Source: Octopus sinensis
Lineage: Eukaryota
NCBI RefSeq assembly: GCF_006345805.1
Contig: NC_043010.1
Coordinates: 45,260,001 to 45,324,000, forward strand
Reading direction: 5' to 3'
Length of the DNA stretch: 64,000 bases
Shown here: piece after piece, positions 26,300-39,159 of the stretch
How the letters are laid out: each line of letters opens with the position of its first letter
How positions within the stretch are numbered: position 1 is the first letter of the stretch
The notes under the pieces: generated by a model
Databases searched by the model: none
Seen by the model: the letters and a program-made list of their open reading frames with translations, nothing else
What the model was told of the DNA's origin: nothing
Translations under genes and position numbers: made by a program

Positions 26300-26890
26300 C
26301 CAAGTAAGTTTGTCTTAATATATCTGATGCGACTCTATCCTTTACTGTTTTCTCTCTCCCTCTTCCTCTCTCTCTCTATATCTCTCTCACTCTCACTCCC
26401 CTTCACAGTTTTCTATCTGTGTCTCTTTTGTTGCTCACACGTGACCATCATCCATTTTTCCTTTCCTCACGCGATCATCTTTTTCTCCAGTCTGTCGCGC
26501 AGTCCACACGCATTCTTATCTGTCTCCTCTCCTATCTTTTTCTCCAGTCTGTCGCGCAGTCCACGCGCATTCTTATCTGTCTCCTCTCCTATCTTTTCTC
26601 TTATCAAAAAATCCTCTTCCAGCGTTCGCTACCTTACCTCGTCTTGGCCAAAAAGCCCTCCTTGTTTGCCTTCTTCTCGTCTGGTTTGTCGTATGTCCTG
26701 TTGTTGTTACCAACTTTGAGCCTCAGCAAATCCCAAATTTTATTTGGTTCACAGGAACAACTACCTTCAAAGTCTTATATTGTCGTTCATTGCCCGAAAT
26801 AAGGAGTAGAAGGACAGCCGACAACAGATGAAGGGTCGTTTTTTATCTTACTTCTCTTGTTTTCCATTTGTTTCTCTCGTTCTTTCCGTA
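26300..26890 (+). repeat. Non-coding repeat, possibly Penelope-associated; partial copy at 25865-26110, inverted copy at 28240-28760
   Basis: Shared cacgtgaccatcatccat, caaatcccaaattt and gacagccgacaac motifs; internal tandem duplication of about 56 bp at 26480-26600. Confidence 0.65.
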
Positions 26891-26993
26891 AACAACTTTA
26901 CAACGGCGGTGCATCAGCATGATCGCAGCACTGAGCTGAAACTACAGAAAAAATATGAGCGTAGTGATGCGTGCATTGGTATATATGCGTGTA

Positions 26994-27043
<50 letters not shown>

Positions 27044-27060
27044 TGTGTGTGTGTGTGTGT

Positions 27061-27446
27061 GGAGGCGCAATGGCCCAGTGGTTAGGGCAGCGGATTCGCG
27101 GTCATAGGATCGCGGTTTCGATTCCCAGACCGGGCGTTGTGAGTGTTTATTGAGCGAAAACACCTAAAAAAAAAGCTCCACGAGGCTCCGGCAGGGAGTG
27201 GTGGTGATCCCTGCTGCACTCTTTCACCACAACTTTCTCTCACTCTTACTTCCTGTTTCTGTTGTGCCTGTATTTCAAGGGGCCGGCCTTGTCACTCTCT
27301 GTGTCACGCTGAATATCCCCGAGAACTACGTTAAGGGTGCACGTGTCTGTGGAGTGCTCAGCCACTTGCACGTTAATTTCACGAGCATGCCGTTCCGTTG
27401 ATTCGGATCAACCGGAACCCTCATCGTCGTAACCGACGGAGTGCTT
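27061..27446 (+). mobile_element. SINE family C, full length, tRNA(Arg)-like head
   Basis: A box tggcccagtgg, anticodon-like TCG, B box ggtttcgattcc, tail gtcgtaaccgacggagtgc. Confidence 0.9.
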
Positions 27447-27451
27447 CCATC

Positions 27452-27524
<73 letters not shown>

Positions 27525-27526
<2 letters not shown>

Positions 27527-27720
27527 CTTCAACCAAGATAGCTGGTTCTATATATGGATTTCCTGGTGCAGGCTGGAACATTACAACAGTCTTGTCCAGG
27601 CTAATGCTGAGTCCAAATGCCCTGCAAGAAGCAGAAATGCAATTCATGAGTATTTGCATGTCATCCACTGTATGAGTGACTAAGTCACAGTCATCTGCAT
27701 AAAGGAGGTCACGAATAATC
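27525..27720 (-). pseudogene. RTE reverse transcriptase fragment
   Basis: IIRDLLYADDCDLVTH...FGLSISLDKTVVMFQP. Confidence 0.9.
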
Positions 27721-28208
27721 CCAAATCACGGCGGTTTGGTATGTATAACTATTAAATCGAAAATTATGCGAGGTGAAAAGAGTTAATTCCGGTCGGTATG
27801 TGTGTACACGATCTCGTAGTAGTAGATATAGGGAGATACGGTAATGTTACAGAGAAAAGAAAGTGAGTTAGTGAAAGTGGGAGTGGTGGGACGAGACAGC
27901 ATTTCGCTTGAGCCGATCAGCCGCTTCGCTAACTGACTTTGGCTTACAGAGTTCTTGTTTTTATAACTATTCAAAACCAGCCGGAAGGATAGTCCTATTG
28001 TTGAGACAATAGATTTCGTTGGCGGTCTGTTATCTTTATTCTAACTTTTGGTGGATTAGAAGAGGTTAGAAGGGTCAAGTGGTTAAGACATTATTCCGGT
28101 AAATGTATTATTCTGGTAAATGTAACTGCTGTCACTCACAGAAAAACTATTGTTTTACCGTGAGAAAAGTGCTTTTGAACTGTTAAGTGAAATTTGCCTG
28201 CATAAAGC

Positions 28209-28239
<31 letters not shown>

Positions 28240-28242
<3 letters not shown>

Positions 28243-28760
28243 GACGTCACCAACAGTAAACATGAAATACGAAAACAAATGAGCTCAATACACAAACGAG
28301 AGAAACAAATGGAAACAGGACAAGTAACATAAAGAACAACCCGTCGTCAGTTGTCGGCTGTCTATCTACTCCTCACTGCGAGCATTGAACGACAATATCA
28401 ATCTTCGAAGACAGTTACACCCATAAGTACCAAAATGAAATTTGGGATTTGTAGCGGGTCAATGTTGAGAACAAGAACAGGACAGTGGAGACATACAAGA
28501 AAACCGAACGAAAACAAACATGGAGGGTCGTTAGACCAGAAAGAGGGTAAAATAGCGAATAGCGGAGAAATATTTTCTTTGACAAAAGAAAAAATAGAAG
28601 AAAGAGATAGGATTGTCCGTTCCTTAGGACAGTCCTGAAAGAAAAGAAAGATGATCACGTGAGGAAAAGAAAGATGGATGATGGTCACGTGTGAGCAACG
28701 AGAGAGAGAATGAGAGAGAAAACGATGGGGAGAAAAATAGTATAGAGTAGAGTCGCATCA
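28240..28760 (-). repeat. Inverted copy of the 26300-26890 repeat
   Basis: Reverse-complement match by eye. Confidence 0.7.
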
Positions 28761-28797
28761 TACACACACACACACATATACATATATATATTCACAC

Positions 28798-28852
<55 letters not shown>

Positions 28853-29019
28853 ACAGATAGATCTGTCTATCTATATATATATCTACATACATATATGTAT
28901 ATGCGCGCGCGCGTGTGCGTGTATGCGAGCGCGCACGTATGTGTGTGTCTATGTATACTTATATATGTGTGTACAAACTGAAACATACACAAATGCATGC
29001 AGACACACACACACACACA

Positions 29020-29053
<34 letters not shown>

Positions 29054-29494
29054 ACAATCATTGCATCAGAGCCATTTATATATATTTCTTTATATATATA
29101 TATATATATATATATCCCTCCAGCAAATTTGGTATTGATTTCGCAACTGGCATTCAGGGAGCGAGAAAATAAAATCTACTCCCGATTATATTACACCTTA
29201 CTTGCGCCTGAAGCCACGGATGTGGTGATATTTCATTTCCAGAAATGAGTAATAAACCTGTCCGCCGCAAAACATAGCTCGGCCGTTAGTGGCTGCAAGA
29301 ATGCTCATTCGTAAGTAATAATAAAACCCATAAAGACAACGAAGTATGCAGGAATTCAAAAAAGTTGACAGTGACGCTGGGCGTCAGAAACCGCGACTGC
29401 TCCTCGGTATATTACTCATGCCAAGCGCCACAAACTATGGAACTGGAGATGTTTCGCTGATGGAGATGTACATATCTATTATGCATGTGTCATA

Positions 29495-29877
29495 TCTCTC
29501 TCTATATAAACGGCAGTTTGTCTGTGTATGTTTCTGTGTGTCTGTTTGGTTGTACCCTCACTCTGACCACGGCTTTCAACCGATTCTGATGAAACTTGAC
29601 ACACACATAGCCCAATGTCATAATTCAAAACTAACGCAGCGAAAATTTTGAAAAGTTCCCCCAGTTCTGAAAAAGATCGATAAATTCGACATGGGGTCGA
29701 CAATCAGAAACACAAACCACAGATGGTCATGGGGACGCAACTCGACCTTTTTAACTCTCAAAAAAATTACCATAATTTTTTTCCCATTTTTTTGGCTATT
29801 TTTTGGCTATAACTCTCTAAAAATGCTTTATAGTTATTTCCCTTACAAACCCGAGCAACGCCGGGCGATACTGCTAG
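29495..29877 (+). mobile_element. Non-autonomous Helitron
   Basis: A|TC start, 3' hairpin cccgagcaacgccggg, CTAG|T end, no TSD. Confidence 0.85.
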
Positions 29878-30534
29878 TCCACTTATAAGCTAAACACTGA
29901 TGTGAGCCAGGATGAAATTTTTTCTTTGGAAGTGAGAATATGATTGGGCGCCTATCCTTCGTTTTGATACAGTAAACTCTGAGACATAATGAAGTCAAGA
30001 CCACATGGCATATATGACAATATAGGACCTATTTAAAGTGTGTAAAGAGATCTACAAACCATGCAATAAAATCTAACTTGCTATATACGGGGCATAAAAC
30101 ATCATATTATATATCTGCTCTGCCTCGTAATTTCTAACGCCGAATAAAGGTATCTTGTTGCATGCACCGGTTTTCTCCATTAGCCTGTTACTGGCAACAT
30201 TGAAGATGGGAAAATGAAGTTTACTTAATGTATTCCATTCTTCATTTCAATGAAATGCGAACATACCTCTAAACATATACACACACATTCTTAATGTGCG
30301 AATGTTTACGTTATTGGATGACCATCGAATCTTGTGATTTCATCTACCTTTTGACAGTTCTTGTTTCTCGTCCTGCAAGGTGTCTAAAATCAGCCTCCTC
30401 GCAAAGCAAGTTTGGTGGGGTTGCTGGTTTAGTCGCCATTGACTTGAACACGCAATGAGTTGTATTGATTACATGGTATGAGTTGCAGTCTTATCTGTCC
30501 TGATTGTACATACATGTGACACGTGCGTGTGTAT

Positions 30535-30601
<67 letters not shown>

Positions 30602-30608
30602 CTCTCTA

Positions 30609-30644
<36 letters not shown>

Positions 30645-31684
30645 ATGAACATTCACAGACATGAAGACACACACGTATGTGAAATCTTTATTATGATCAA
30701 ACTGATCCTACATATAAAAGGACATTACAAGACAAACAAATACAAAGATGTTAAATGAGTTCGAATGAGCATTATGTGAAAAATTTACTTTAAAAAATTT
30801 TATATAACGATTAATTATTTCTTTAACTAGAACATTTTTAAAAAAAAGAAAACAAAGAAAAAAAACGAATAAAAGTTCAAAAGATCGAACCCGGCAGCCT
30901 ATAAGGCCCAGCAGCTATCTTTTCCTTTCATCAATGGTTAAGCTGGGTTACTAACACCTACCTTCCATCGTTTCTCGTATTCACTAAGTGGCAGGGTCTT
31001 CCTCTCCAACCCCATCTTGCTCTTCAGATGGTGTGTTTATGACGTCACAATATTGGCGATATTTGTATGGAGCTTTGTGTGTGCGCATATGCATGTCTAT
31101 GTGTGTGTGCATGTGTAAGTACCTACATAGGAAGATGAAAATAGCTGATGGATTGAGGGAGATTTAGCTACTATTCCTATCATGTCTGTCTAAAATGTAG
31201 ATGTACCCAAGTAAATTCATAGGTATTTCATGCATATACATAAGATTTGTGAGGGTGTGTGTAATAGACTCAAACAAGAACATACAGAAAAATAGAAATA
31301 AAATGCATGTCTAGCAGGGGCGTGATAGAGAGACAAAGTGAGAAAACTAGAGACAGAAGGGTTAAGAGAACGAATGCGTGAAGGAGTCTGACAGATACTA
31401 CATACTCAAACACATTAATACACAGGCCCAGATATATACTTGTTACCAAAGGCTATGTGCTCATGTGATTGCAACAATAGATATATGCAGTATATCGAAC
31501 TGTAGAATCAATTTTGCTTTATTATAGAAATACCTTGAAACGATGCTCAAATATAGAATACCAAATTTACAGTTATATTCTGTTGACATACAGACGACTA
31601 AACTTTGGTAATCAATATTTGGTTTTTCATCACTTTTATTGTTATTTATTGCCATATTTTCTTCACTGTCTATTTGAATGGACT

Positions 31685-32080
31685 GCGAGTGGCTGTGTGG
31701 TAAGTAGCTTGCTTACCAACCACATGGTTCCGGGTTCAGTCCCACTGCGTGGCATCTTGGGCAAGTGTCTTCTGCTATAGCCCCAGGCCGACCAATGCCT
31801 TGTGAGTGGATTTGGTAGACAGAAACTGAAAGAAGCCTGTCGTATATATGTATATGTGTGTATGCGTGTGTGTGTTTGTGCGTCTGTGTTTGTCCCCCTA
31901 GCATTGCTTGACAACCGATGCTGGTGTGTTTACGTCCCCGTAACTTAGCGGTTCGGCAAAAGAGACCGATAGAATAAGTACTAGGCTTACAAAGAATAAG
32001 TCCTGGGGTCGATTTGCTCGACTAAAGGCGGTGTTCCAGCATGGCCGCAGTCAAATGACTGAAACAAGTAAAAGAGTAAA
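31685..32080 (+). mobile_element. SINE family B, full length
   Basis: tRNA-like head (tggctgtgtgg, ggttcagtccc), ttgggcaagt, central microsatellite, (gtaaaaga)n tail. Confidence 0.92.
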
Positions 32081-32739
32081 AGAGAGAGAGAGAGTGAGAG
32101 AGACTTACCTATACCAGGAGCTGTAAATTTCATACATAACGACATTAATGTAAATACAATTGCGTATATAGCAACTAATGAAATATTTCGCGTAATATAA
32201 GAGAAATGAGTTTAAAATTGTTTGGTAAGTGTCACGGCGCCATTTTTGTTTTACATGCTCGCTCCCACTAACTTCAAAACTTAGCTACGCCACTTCAAGG
32301 AATACTACTACACACCATGCAAACTATGTTATGGTACCAACCAGCATGTTACTGCGGAGGATGTTTTTCTTTCTCAGAATTACACAAAACAACCCCACAA
32401 ACACTAAAGTGAAGTTGAAGACGATGCTGATTTCACACGAGTCTTTAGATGTTTGGGTGAGCCCCATAGTCCCACACATAATCAAGTCTCTAATCATAGC
32501 AAAAGGTTGAAAGTGACTGAAAAATTATAGAACCAAAACTTCATACAAACGTCAGCGATATTGTGACGTCATTATCACAATATTGAAAAAAAAATTCTTT
32601 GAACGACGAAAGATGTATAAATGTCATTCTCGCATACAAATACACGCACAAACACACACACACATACATTTTCTCTCTCTCTCTCTCTCTCTCTCACATA
32701 CATACACACCCAACCACATACGCACGCACGCACACACAC

Positions 32740-33560
32740 ACACACACGCGCGCGCACATGAACACACACAGACACAAAGACTTATCTTCTTTCTGGTGGA
32801 TAACTCATAATAGACCCCACTTTTCTTCATACCATGATATATGTAAACACAAGAGAGGATGATGTGATTTCAGCATAAACAGATTCGTGTAGGTAAAAGA
32901 TTGTGCTAGAGAATAGTGATCTAACTTTGTGGTTTAGACATATATGCAAGACACAAGATACGATTTTAACGGATACTTCTATCCACAGCACGTAATGGCA
33001 GACGAAATACGACTACGCATTTCGCCCGGCGCGCTAACGTTTCTGCCAGCTCGCCGCCTTCAGACAGAAAGGTATTGAAAGAGAGAACGAGTGAAGGAGA
33101 CCGACAAATACACTTTTCACACACACACACACCCACACACACACAACCACACACACACACATACACACACACAACACACACACACGCGCGCGCACATGAA
33201 CACACACAGACACAAAGACTTATCTTCTTTCTGGTGGATAACTCATAATAGACCCCACTTTTCTTCATACCATGATATATGTAAACACAAGAGAGGATGA
33301 TGTGATTTCAGCATAAACAGATTCGTGTAGGTAAAAGATTGTGCTAGAGAATAGTGATCTAACTTTGTGGTTTAGACATATATGCAAGACACAAGATACG
33401 ATTTTAACGGATACTTCTATCCACAGCACGTAATGGCAGACGAAATACGACTACGCATTTCGCCCGGCGCGCTAACGTTTCTGCCAGCTCGCCGCCTTCA
33501 GACAGAAAGGTATTGAAAGAGAGAACGAGTGAAGGAGACCGACAAATACACTTTTCACAC
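32740..33560. repeat. Tandem duplication, 438-bp period
   Basis: Identical non-repetitive sequence at offset 438, bounded by (CA)n. Confidence 0.95.
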
Positions 33561-33614
33561 ACACAACCACACACACACACAACCACACACACACACACAT
33601 ACACACACACAAAC

Positions 33615-33649
<35 letters not shown>

Positions 33650-34526
33650 CACTGGCGACCAAAGGCGCATGTGATTATGTGTTTACAACAATATATATAT
33701 ATATATATACACACACACAGTTCATCGAACATCAAATGAAGAATCTATTTTGTTTCAATATAGAAATCTCTTGAAAAGATGCTCAAAAATTTTAATAGCA
33801 ACGACCTCGTTTTTTTAAATACTCACCATATTTATAGCTATGTTCTCTTGATATACGTATGACTATGAGATAAATAATCAATATTTTATGTTTATCATTT
33901 TTTTTATATACCATATTATCTTTACAGTCACACAATGGTTTACAAAAAACATTTTGCGTGGATTTAATGAAAGTAAAGTATGGTTCTTATTGGAAGCCCT
34001 CAGATTTCCTATCCTGAAAGTGCCTGGATAAGAACTCATACGACCACAAAACACAACCGTACATTTTGTACAAGATCAATATGACGCTGACTTCATAGTG
34101 GTCTCCTTTTGTTACCATATTTCTGTCAAAATACGCTACCTTTGTTTCAAGTGAAAATTTAGTAAAATAACTTTAAAACGCACAAACGTACAAACTCATA
34201 TAAGTATGCATGTTCGCACTCCCAAACTCTCTGCCACTCTCCCCCTCTTTCTTTTTCTTTCTCTTTCTTTTTTTCTCAACATGTCTTTCACTTTCTTGTG
34301 CCAATCATAGGACTCCGACTATGTTGGGATAGCTCCTTGGGATCTAGTCGGTTTGGCTGCCAGCATCAATTTCTGTTCAAATTGATTTCATATTCAGTGT
34401 AACGATACACTTTTATAGGCTAATGAATGACGTGAAAATCATTTTCACTATAAATCAATAAATAAAGAGTTTTTAGTAATTAAAGTTTGAAAATTTTGGG
34501 TAATTTTAGCCAATCGTAAGCCACAG

Positions 34527-34835
34527 ACACAATGGCCCAGTGGTTAGGGCAGCGGACTCGCGGTCGGAGGATCGCGGTTTCGATTCCCAGACCGGGCCTT
34601 GTGTGTGTTTATTGAGCGAAAACACCTAAAGCTCCACGAGGCTCCCGCAGGGGGTAGTGGCGACCCCTGTTGTACTCTTCCTCCCCTTCTTTCTCTCACT
34701 CTTTCTTCCTGTTTCTTGAGTAACGCTGCGATGAACTGGCATCCCCTCCAGCTGGGGGGAGGGGACACATACGCCATAGAAACCGGGAAACCGGGCCCAT
34801 GAGCCTGGCTAGGCTTGAAAAGGGCGCATAAATAA
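34527..34835 (+). mobile_element. SINE with family C head and a V-domain-like 3' module
   Basis: Head matches the 27061 copy; then gtaacgctgcgatgaactggcatcccctccag...agaaaccggg. Confidence 0.75.
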
Positions 34836-34849
34836 ATAATATATATGTA

Positions 34850-35032
34850 TAGGGAGAGTTTACGAAAAAAAACAAAGACGAAGGCAGGTGGTGTACAAGA
34901 CAAACAGATGTATTTGTATAACACTCAGGAATATAAAAAGTCTTTTACGTTTCGAGCCTACGCTCTTCTACAGAAAGGTACACAGAAAAAACAAGGAGAG
35001 AAAAAAATGTGTGTAGTGGCTAACGATCTATC
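34850..35032 (-). repeat. Penelope-like terminal repeat fragment
   Basis: gaagagcgtaggctcgaaacgtaaaagac; the same repeat abuts the GIY-YIG fragment at 59000-59167 and occurs at 52120-52390. Confidence 0.65.
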
Positions 35033-35092
35033 ATATATATATGATATACACGCACACACACAGAAAGTGAGTGAGAGAGAGGGAGAGAGAGA

Positions 35093-35151
<59 letters not shown>

Positions 35152-35804
35152 ATTTATATATTTTTCTTAATGAACAGTATCGATTGGCCAGATACTGCAG
35201 TATTCGTCCTCAGATAACGTCTCTTATGGACTTGCTATACCAGTAGCGGCCAGTGAAAGCACTAGGTTGTATTTCGGCGTTTGGGGTTCTTTTTATGGCG
35301 AGTATTCGTAGCCAACCAGTTACTCAGACGAGAATTCGTTTTCTCTGATATAGACAAAAGTGAATTAAATATTCAAAGATGTTACGAATATCCACTTGGC
35401 TGATTAAAAATTCCAGCACACGGAATTATGAGAATAGTTACTTAAAATAGCCACCTATATATCATGTTCAATGCATGCATATTGTAACTAGTTTAACGAC
35501 AGTGTGTATATATTCATGCATGATACATAAATGGCTCTTTAAGTAATAAATATATATATACCGGCTATATATATATTTGTGTGTGTGTATGTGTATGTAT
35601 TTTTATATGTATGTATGTGTATGTAAGCATGTATGTATGTGCATGCATACATGTATACATACACACATTGCACGAACACACGCACACACGCACACACATA
35701 TATATACATACACTTATATATGCACATGTGTGTGCTGGTATATACGTATGTAGATGCGTGTACACGCATGCGCATTTGTTTGTGTGTGTGCGTGTGATGC
35801 GCGC

Positions 35805-35868
35805 GTGTGTGTCCGTGCGCGTGTGTGTCCGTGCGCGTGTGTGTCCGTGCGCGTGTGTGTCCGTGCGC
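35805..35868. repeat. 16-bp minisatellite (gtgtgtgtccgtgcgc) x4
   Basis: Direct reading. Confidence 0.9.
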
Positions 35869-36213
35869 GTGTGTGCGCGCGTGTGTCTGTCTGTGTGAAA
35901 TCGATTTAAGCTCTTTCGTCTTGTCTAAAATCTAAAAAAATTTTTAATGTTGTGATTATGACGTTATAATATCGATAACAGTTGCCCGTAGTTGGTTTGA
36001 AAAATATTCAGTCACCACTTTTCAACCTTTTCGCATTGATTAGAGATTATGGTATGTACGGGTCAAGGTCTCACCCAAGAATCTAAAGACTAGTGTAAAG
36101 TCAGAGCCATATTCACTTTGTTTTTGCTGTTTGCGAGGTTGTTTTATGCACCTTTGAGTTATTAAACAACCTCTGTAACATGCTGGTTGGTACATCGTTA
36201 AAATGTATCCAGT

Positions 36214-36386
36214 TGGCGTAGGAGTGGCTGTGTGGTAAGTAGATTGCTTACCAACCAATAGACATACATGGTTCCGGGTTCAGTCCCACTGCGTGGTACT
36301 TTGAGCAAGTGTCTTCTACTACAGCCTCAAGCCCACGAAAGCCTTGTGAGTGGATTTGGTAGACGGAAACTGACAGAAGCCCGTCG

Positions 36387-36432
<46 letters not shown>

Positions 36433-36670
36433 GTGTGTGTCTGTCTGTCTGTCTGTGTGTGTGTGTGTGTATGTTTGTGTGTCTGCGTTTGTCCACCCCC
36501 ACACCCCGACATCGCTTGACAACCGATACTGGTGTGTTTACGTAACTTAGCGGTTCGGCAAAAGAGACCGATAGAATAAAGTCCTGGGGTCGATTTGCTC
36601 GACTAAAGGCGGTGCTCCAGCATGGCCACAGTCAAATGACTGAAACAAATAAAAAAAGTAAAGAGTAAAA
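36214..36670 (+). mobile_element. SINE family B, full length
   Basis: ggcgtaggagtggctgtgtgg head to gtaaaagagtaaaa tail; possible agttg TSD. Confidence 0.9.
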
Positions 36671-37129
36671 GAGTTGTATTCTGGGTCCGTATGAACTCTT
36701 AGACAAGTACTTTCAGATCGGAAATCCTGGGGCATCCAACCAGAAATATATACTTCACTCTCGATATTATTCACGCGGAACATTTTATCGTGAAACATTT
36801 TCATTGTGAAGAGAATAACGATAATCAGGATGGATACGAAATAATGATTATTGAATGTATTGTCATATGTATGTCAAGATAATACAGCTATAAACATGGT
36901 GAGTATTTTAATAAAAATAAGTTTGTTATTAAAATGTTTCAGCGTCTTTTCAAGATATTCCTATGATAAAGCAAAAATTGATTCTTCATTAGATGTTCGA
37001 TATCCTGCATATATATCTATTGTTGCAAACACATGACCACATACGCCTTCGGTTACAAGTATATATGTCTGGGCCTGTGTTTTTGCATGTTTGTATATTT
37101 ATTGCAAACCGTATCTGTCGATCTCCTTC

Positions 37130-37166
<37 letters not shown>

Positions 37167-38692
37167 CCCTCTGTTTCTGCGTTTCTCATTTTGTCTCTCT
37201 TTCTCTACCCTCCCAGACACGCGTTCTATTTCTCCCTTTGTATATCTGTGTGTGCGCGCGTGTATGCGTGTGTGAGTATGTCTGCGTGTAGTTTGTAAGT
37301 AGTTGTGTGCATGTATGTGTATGCAATAGACATACATTCGCACAAATCTTAAGTACACATAAAAATCTATGAATCTACGAGGTTTTATCTAGTTTGGATA
37401 GACTTAATAAGAGTAGAAGCTAAATTCTCCTTTAAACCACACGTTACACTCTTATCTTTATTTGTACAATTGATCCTCCCGGGAGATTCACAAGTTGGTA
37501 GATAGATATGTTACAATTAACAGCCAAATCTTCCTCAGACCGTCGAATACGTTTGTTGCAAGTAGCCATTTTGAAATAAGGCGCCAATTGGTGGTAGCTG
37601 GCAATATGACATAATGTCGTATTGCCGAAGAATTATTATTGTCGTTTTTTTCCATTGGTTAATATAACTGCTCATATAAGGATTCTAAAAAGTTACATAA
37701 AGAATATATGTAATGGATTTCGATTCTTTTAAGTCAAGTTGAGCAGTTATAAAAATCCTGGATTTGGGGGGAAAACTTTAGTGTTTGCTGGGTGTAACTA
37801 AACTCCACGACACTCACTCCTTTGAGACATTGGTGATTTTCATGCCATGTCCAAAAGAAATCCGACAAGTCTTATTTGAATTGTTGTGATTCATTATTAG
37901 TTAGATTTATGAATTAGCTAGTGAAATATATAGTTGTACTTCTACACGACGAAAATTATCTTTTCTTTCACATGTACATAATATAAAATGTTATATTTAT
38001 ATAATAAAACTAATTAAGAAAATGTTTTCTCTTCACGTTTTTCAACTGTGTATAAATAAATATGCATTTCTGTAATCATTAATAGCGGTTAAATGAACAC
38101 GAAGATAATATTATGCATACATGACGCTAATATTCTTAGCGTTACATAAGTAGATTTCTCTATGGCGTTATATACTGTAGTTCGGATTTGCGTATAATGA
38201 TAACATTTAAGTTATAAGTGACGTTTTAATCATTATATACACCCTTACTTAAAAAGCCAAATAAAATAATCTATTTCCCAATAGGAAACACAATAAATAG
38301 CATTACATTACTAGAGAATTTACTATAATAATTACAAAACTAGAGAATTTACTATAATAATATAATAATATAACCTAAGAGAAAGCTCATGGTAGCCTAA
38401 AACCGCCTATACTTTCATTTTCATATGTGGTTACAGGAATCCCTCGCTTTACGAAAATAATAGTTCCTGAAAATCTGGTGGTAATGAAAAATTCCGTGAT
38501 GCGAAATTGATATTACTCTTGATTTTCATGTTATAAAGTGAGATTGCATTCCTACGGACTTTTTCAAAAAATATATATAAAAACAAGAAAAAAAAGGAAG
38601 CACAAGGAAACTACAGAGAACAAGCAACGCGATCAATTTATGTATGAAAATAACCTTTCCTAAACTTACGCAGTGTAATATAGATATATAAA

Positions 38693-38925
38693 AAGGCAGC
38701 GAGCTGGCAGAAACGTTAGCACGTCGGGCGAAATGCTTAGCGGTATTTCGTTTGCCGTTACGTTCTGAGTTCAAATTCCGCCGAGGTCGACTTTGTCTTT
38801 CATCCTTTCGGGGTCGATAAATTACGTGCCAGTTACGCACTGGGGTCGATGTAATCGACATAGTCCCTTTGTATGTCCTTGTTTGTCCCCTCTATGTTTA
38901 GCCCCTTGTGGGCAATAAAGAAATA
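38693..38925 (+). mobile_element. SINE family A, Tx1-type tail, inserted in a SINE head (site A)
   Basis: Junction aataaagaaata|agaaacgttaacacgccgg. Confidence 0.9.
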
Positions 38926-39159
38926 AGAAACGTTAACACGCCGGACGAAATGCTTTGAGGTATTTCGTCTGTGTGAGTTTGGATTTATTGGTAATTATTA
39001 TTGGAGTGCGTCTGTATAGTAAGTGCAAGTTTTTATTGACTGTTTTTGTGACATTTCCAGTTATAATTATTGTTCTTGTTATAATTATTTGTGTGATAGT
39101 CTTCGTTCGAAAACTATCGTGTGTTTTCCCCTGTGGGGGAAACATTAATTGCTGGCAAG

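Noticed and set aside
27061-27135. tRNA-Arg gene
   Set aside because: tRNA-derived SINE head continuing into a multicopy body; no convincing acceptor stem or terminator
27720-28200. Penelope coding remnant on the minus strand
   Set aside because: Too degenerate; no intact motif
38432-38510. Tigger/pogo-like end (TA caggaatccctcgcttt)
   Set aside because: No matching opposite TIR found
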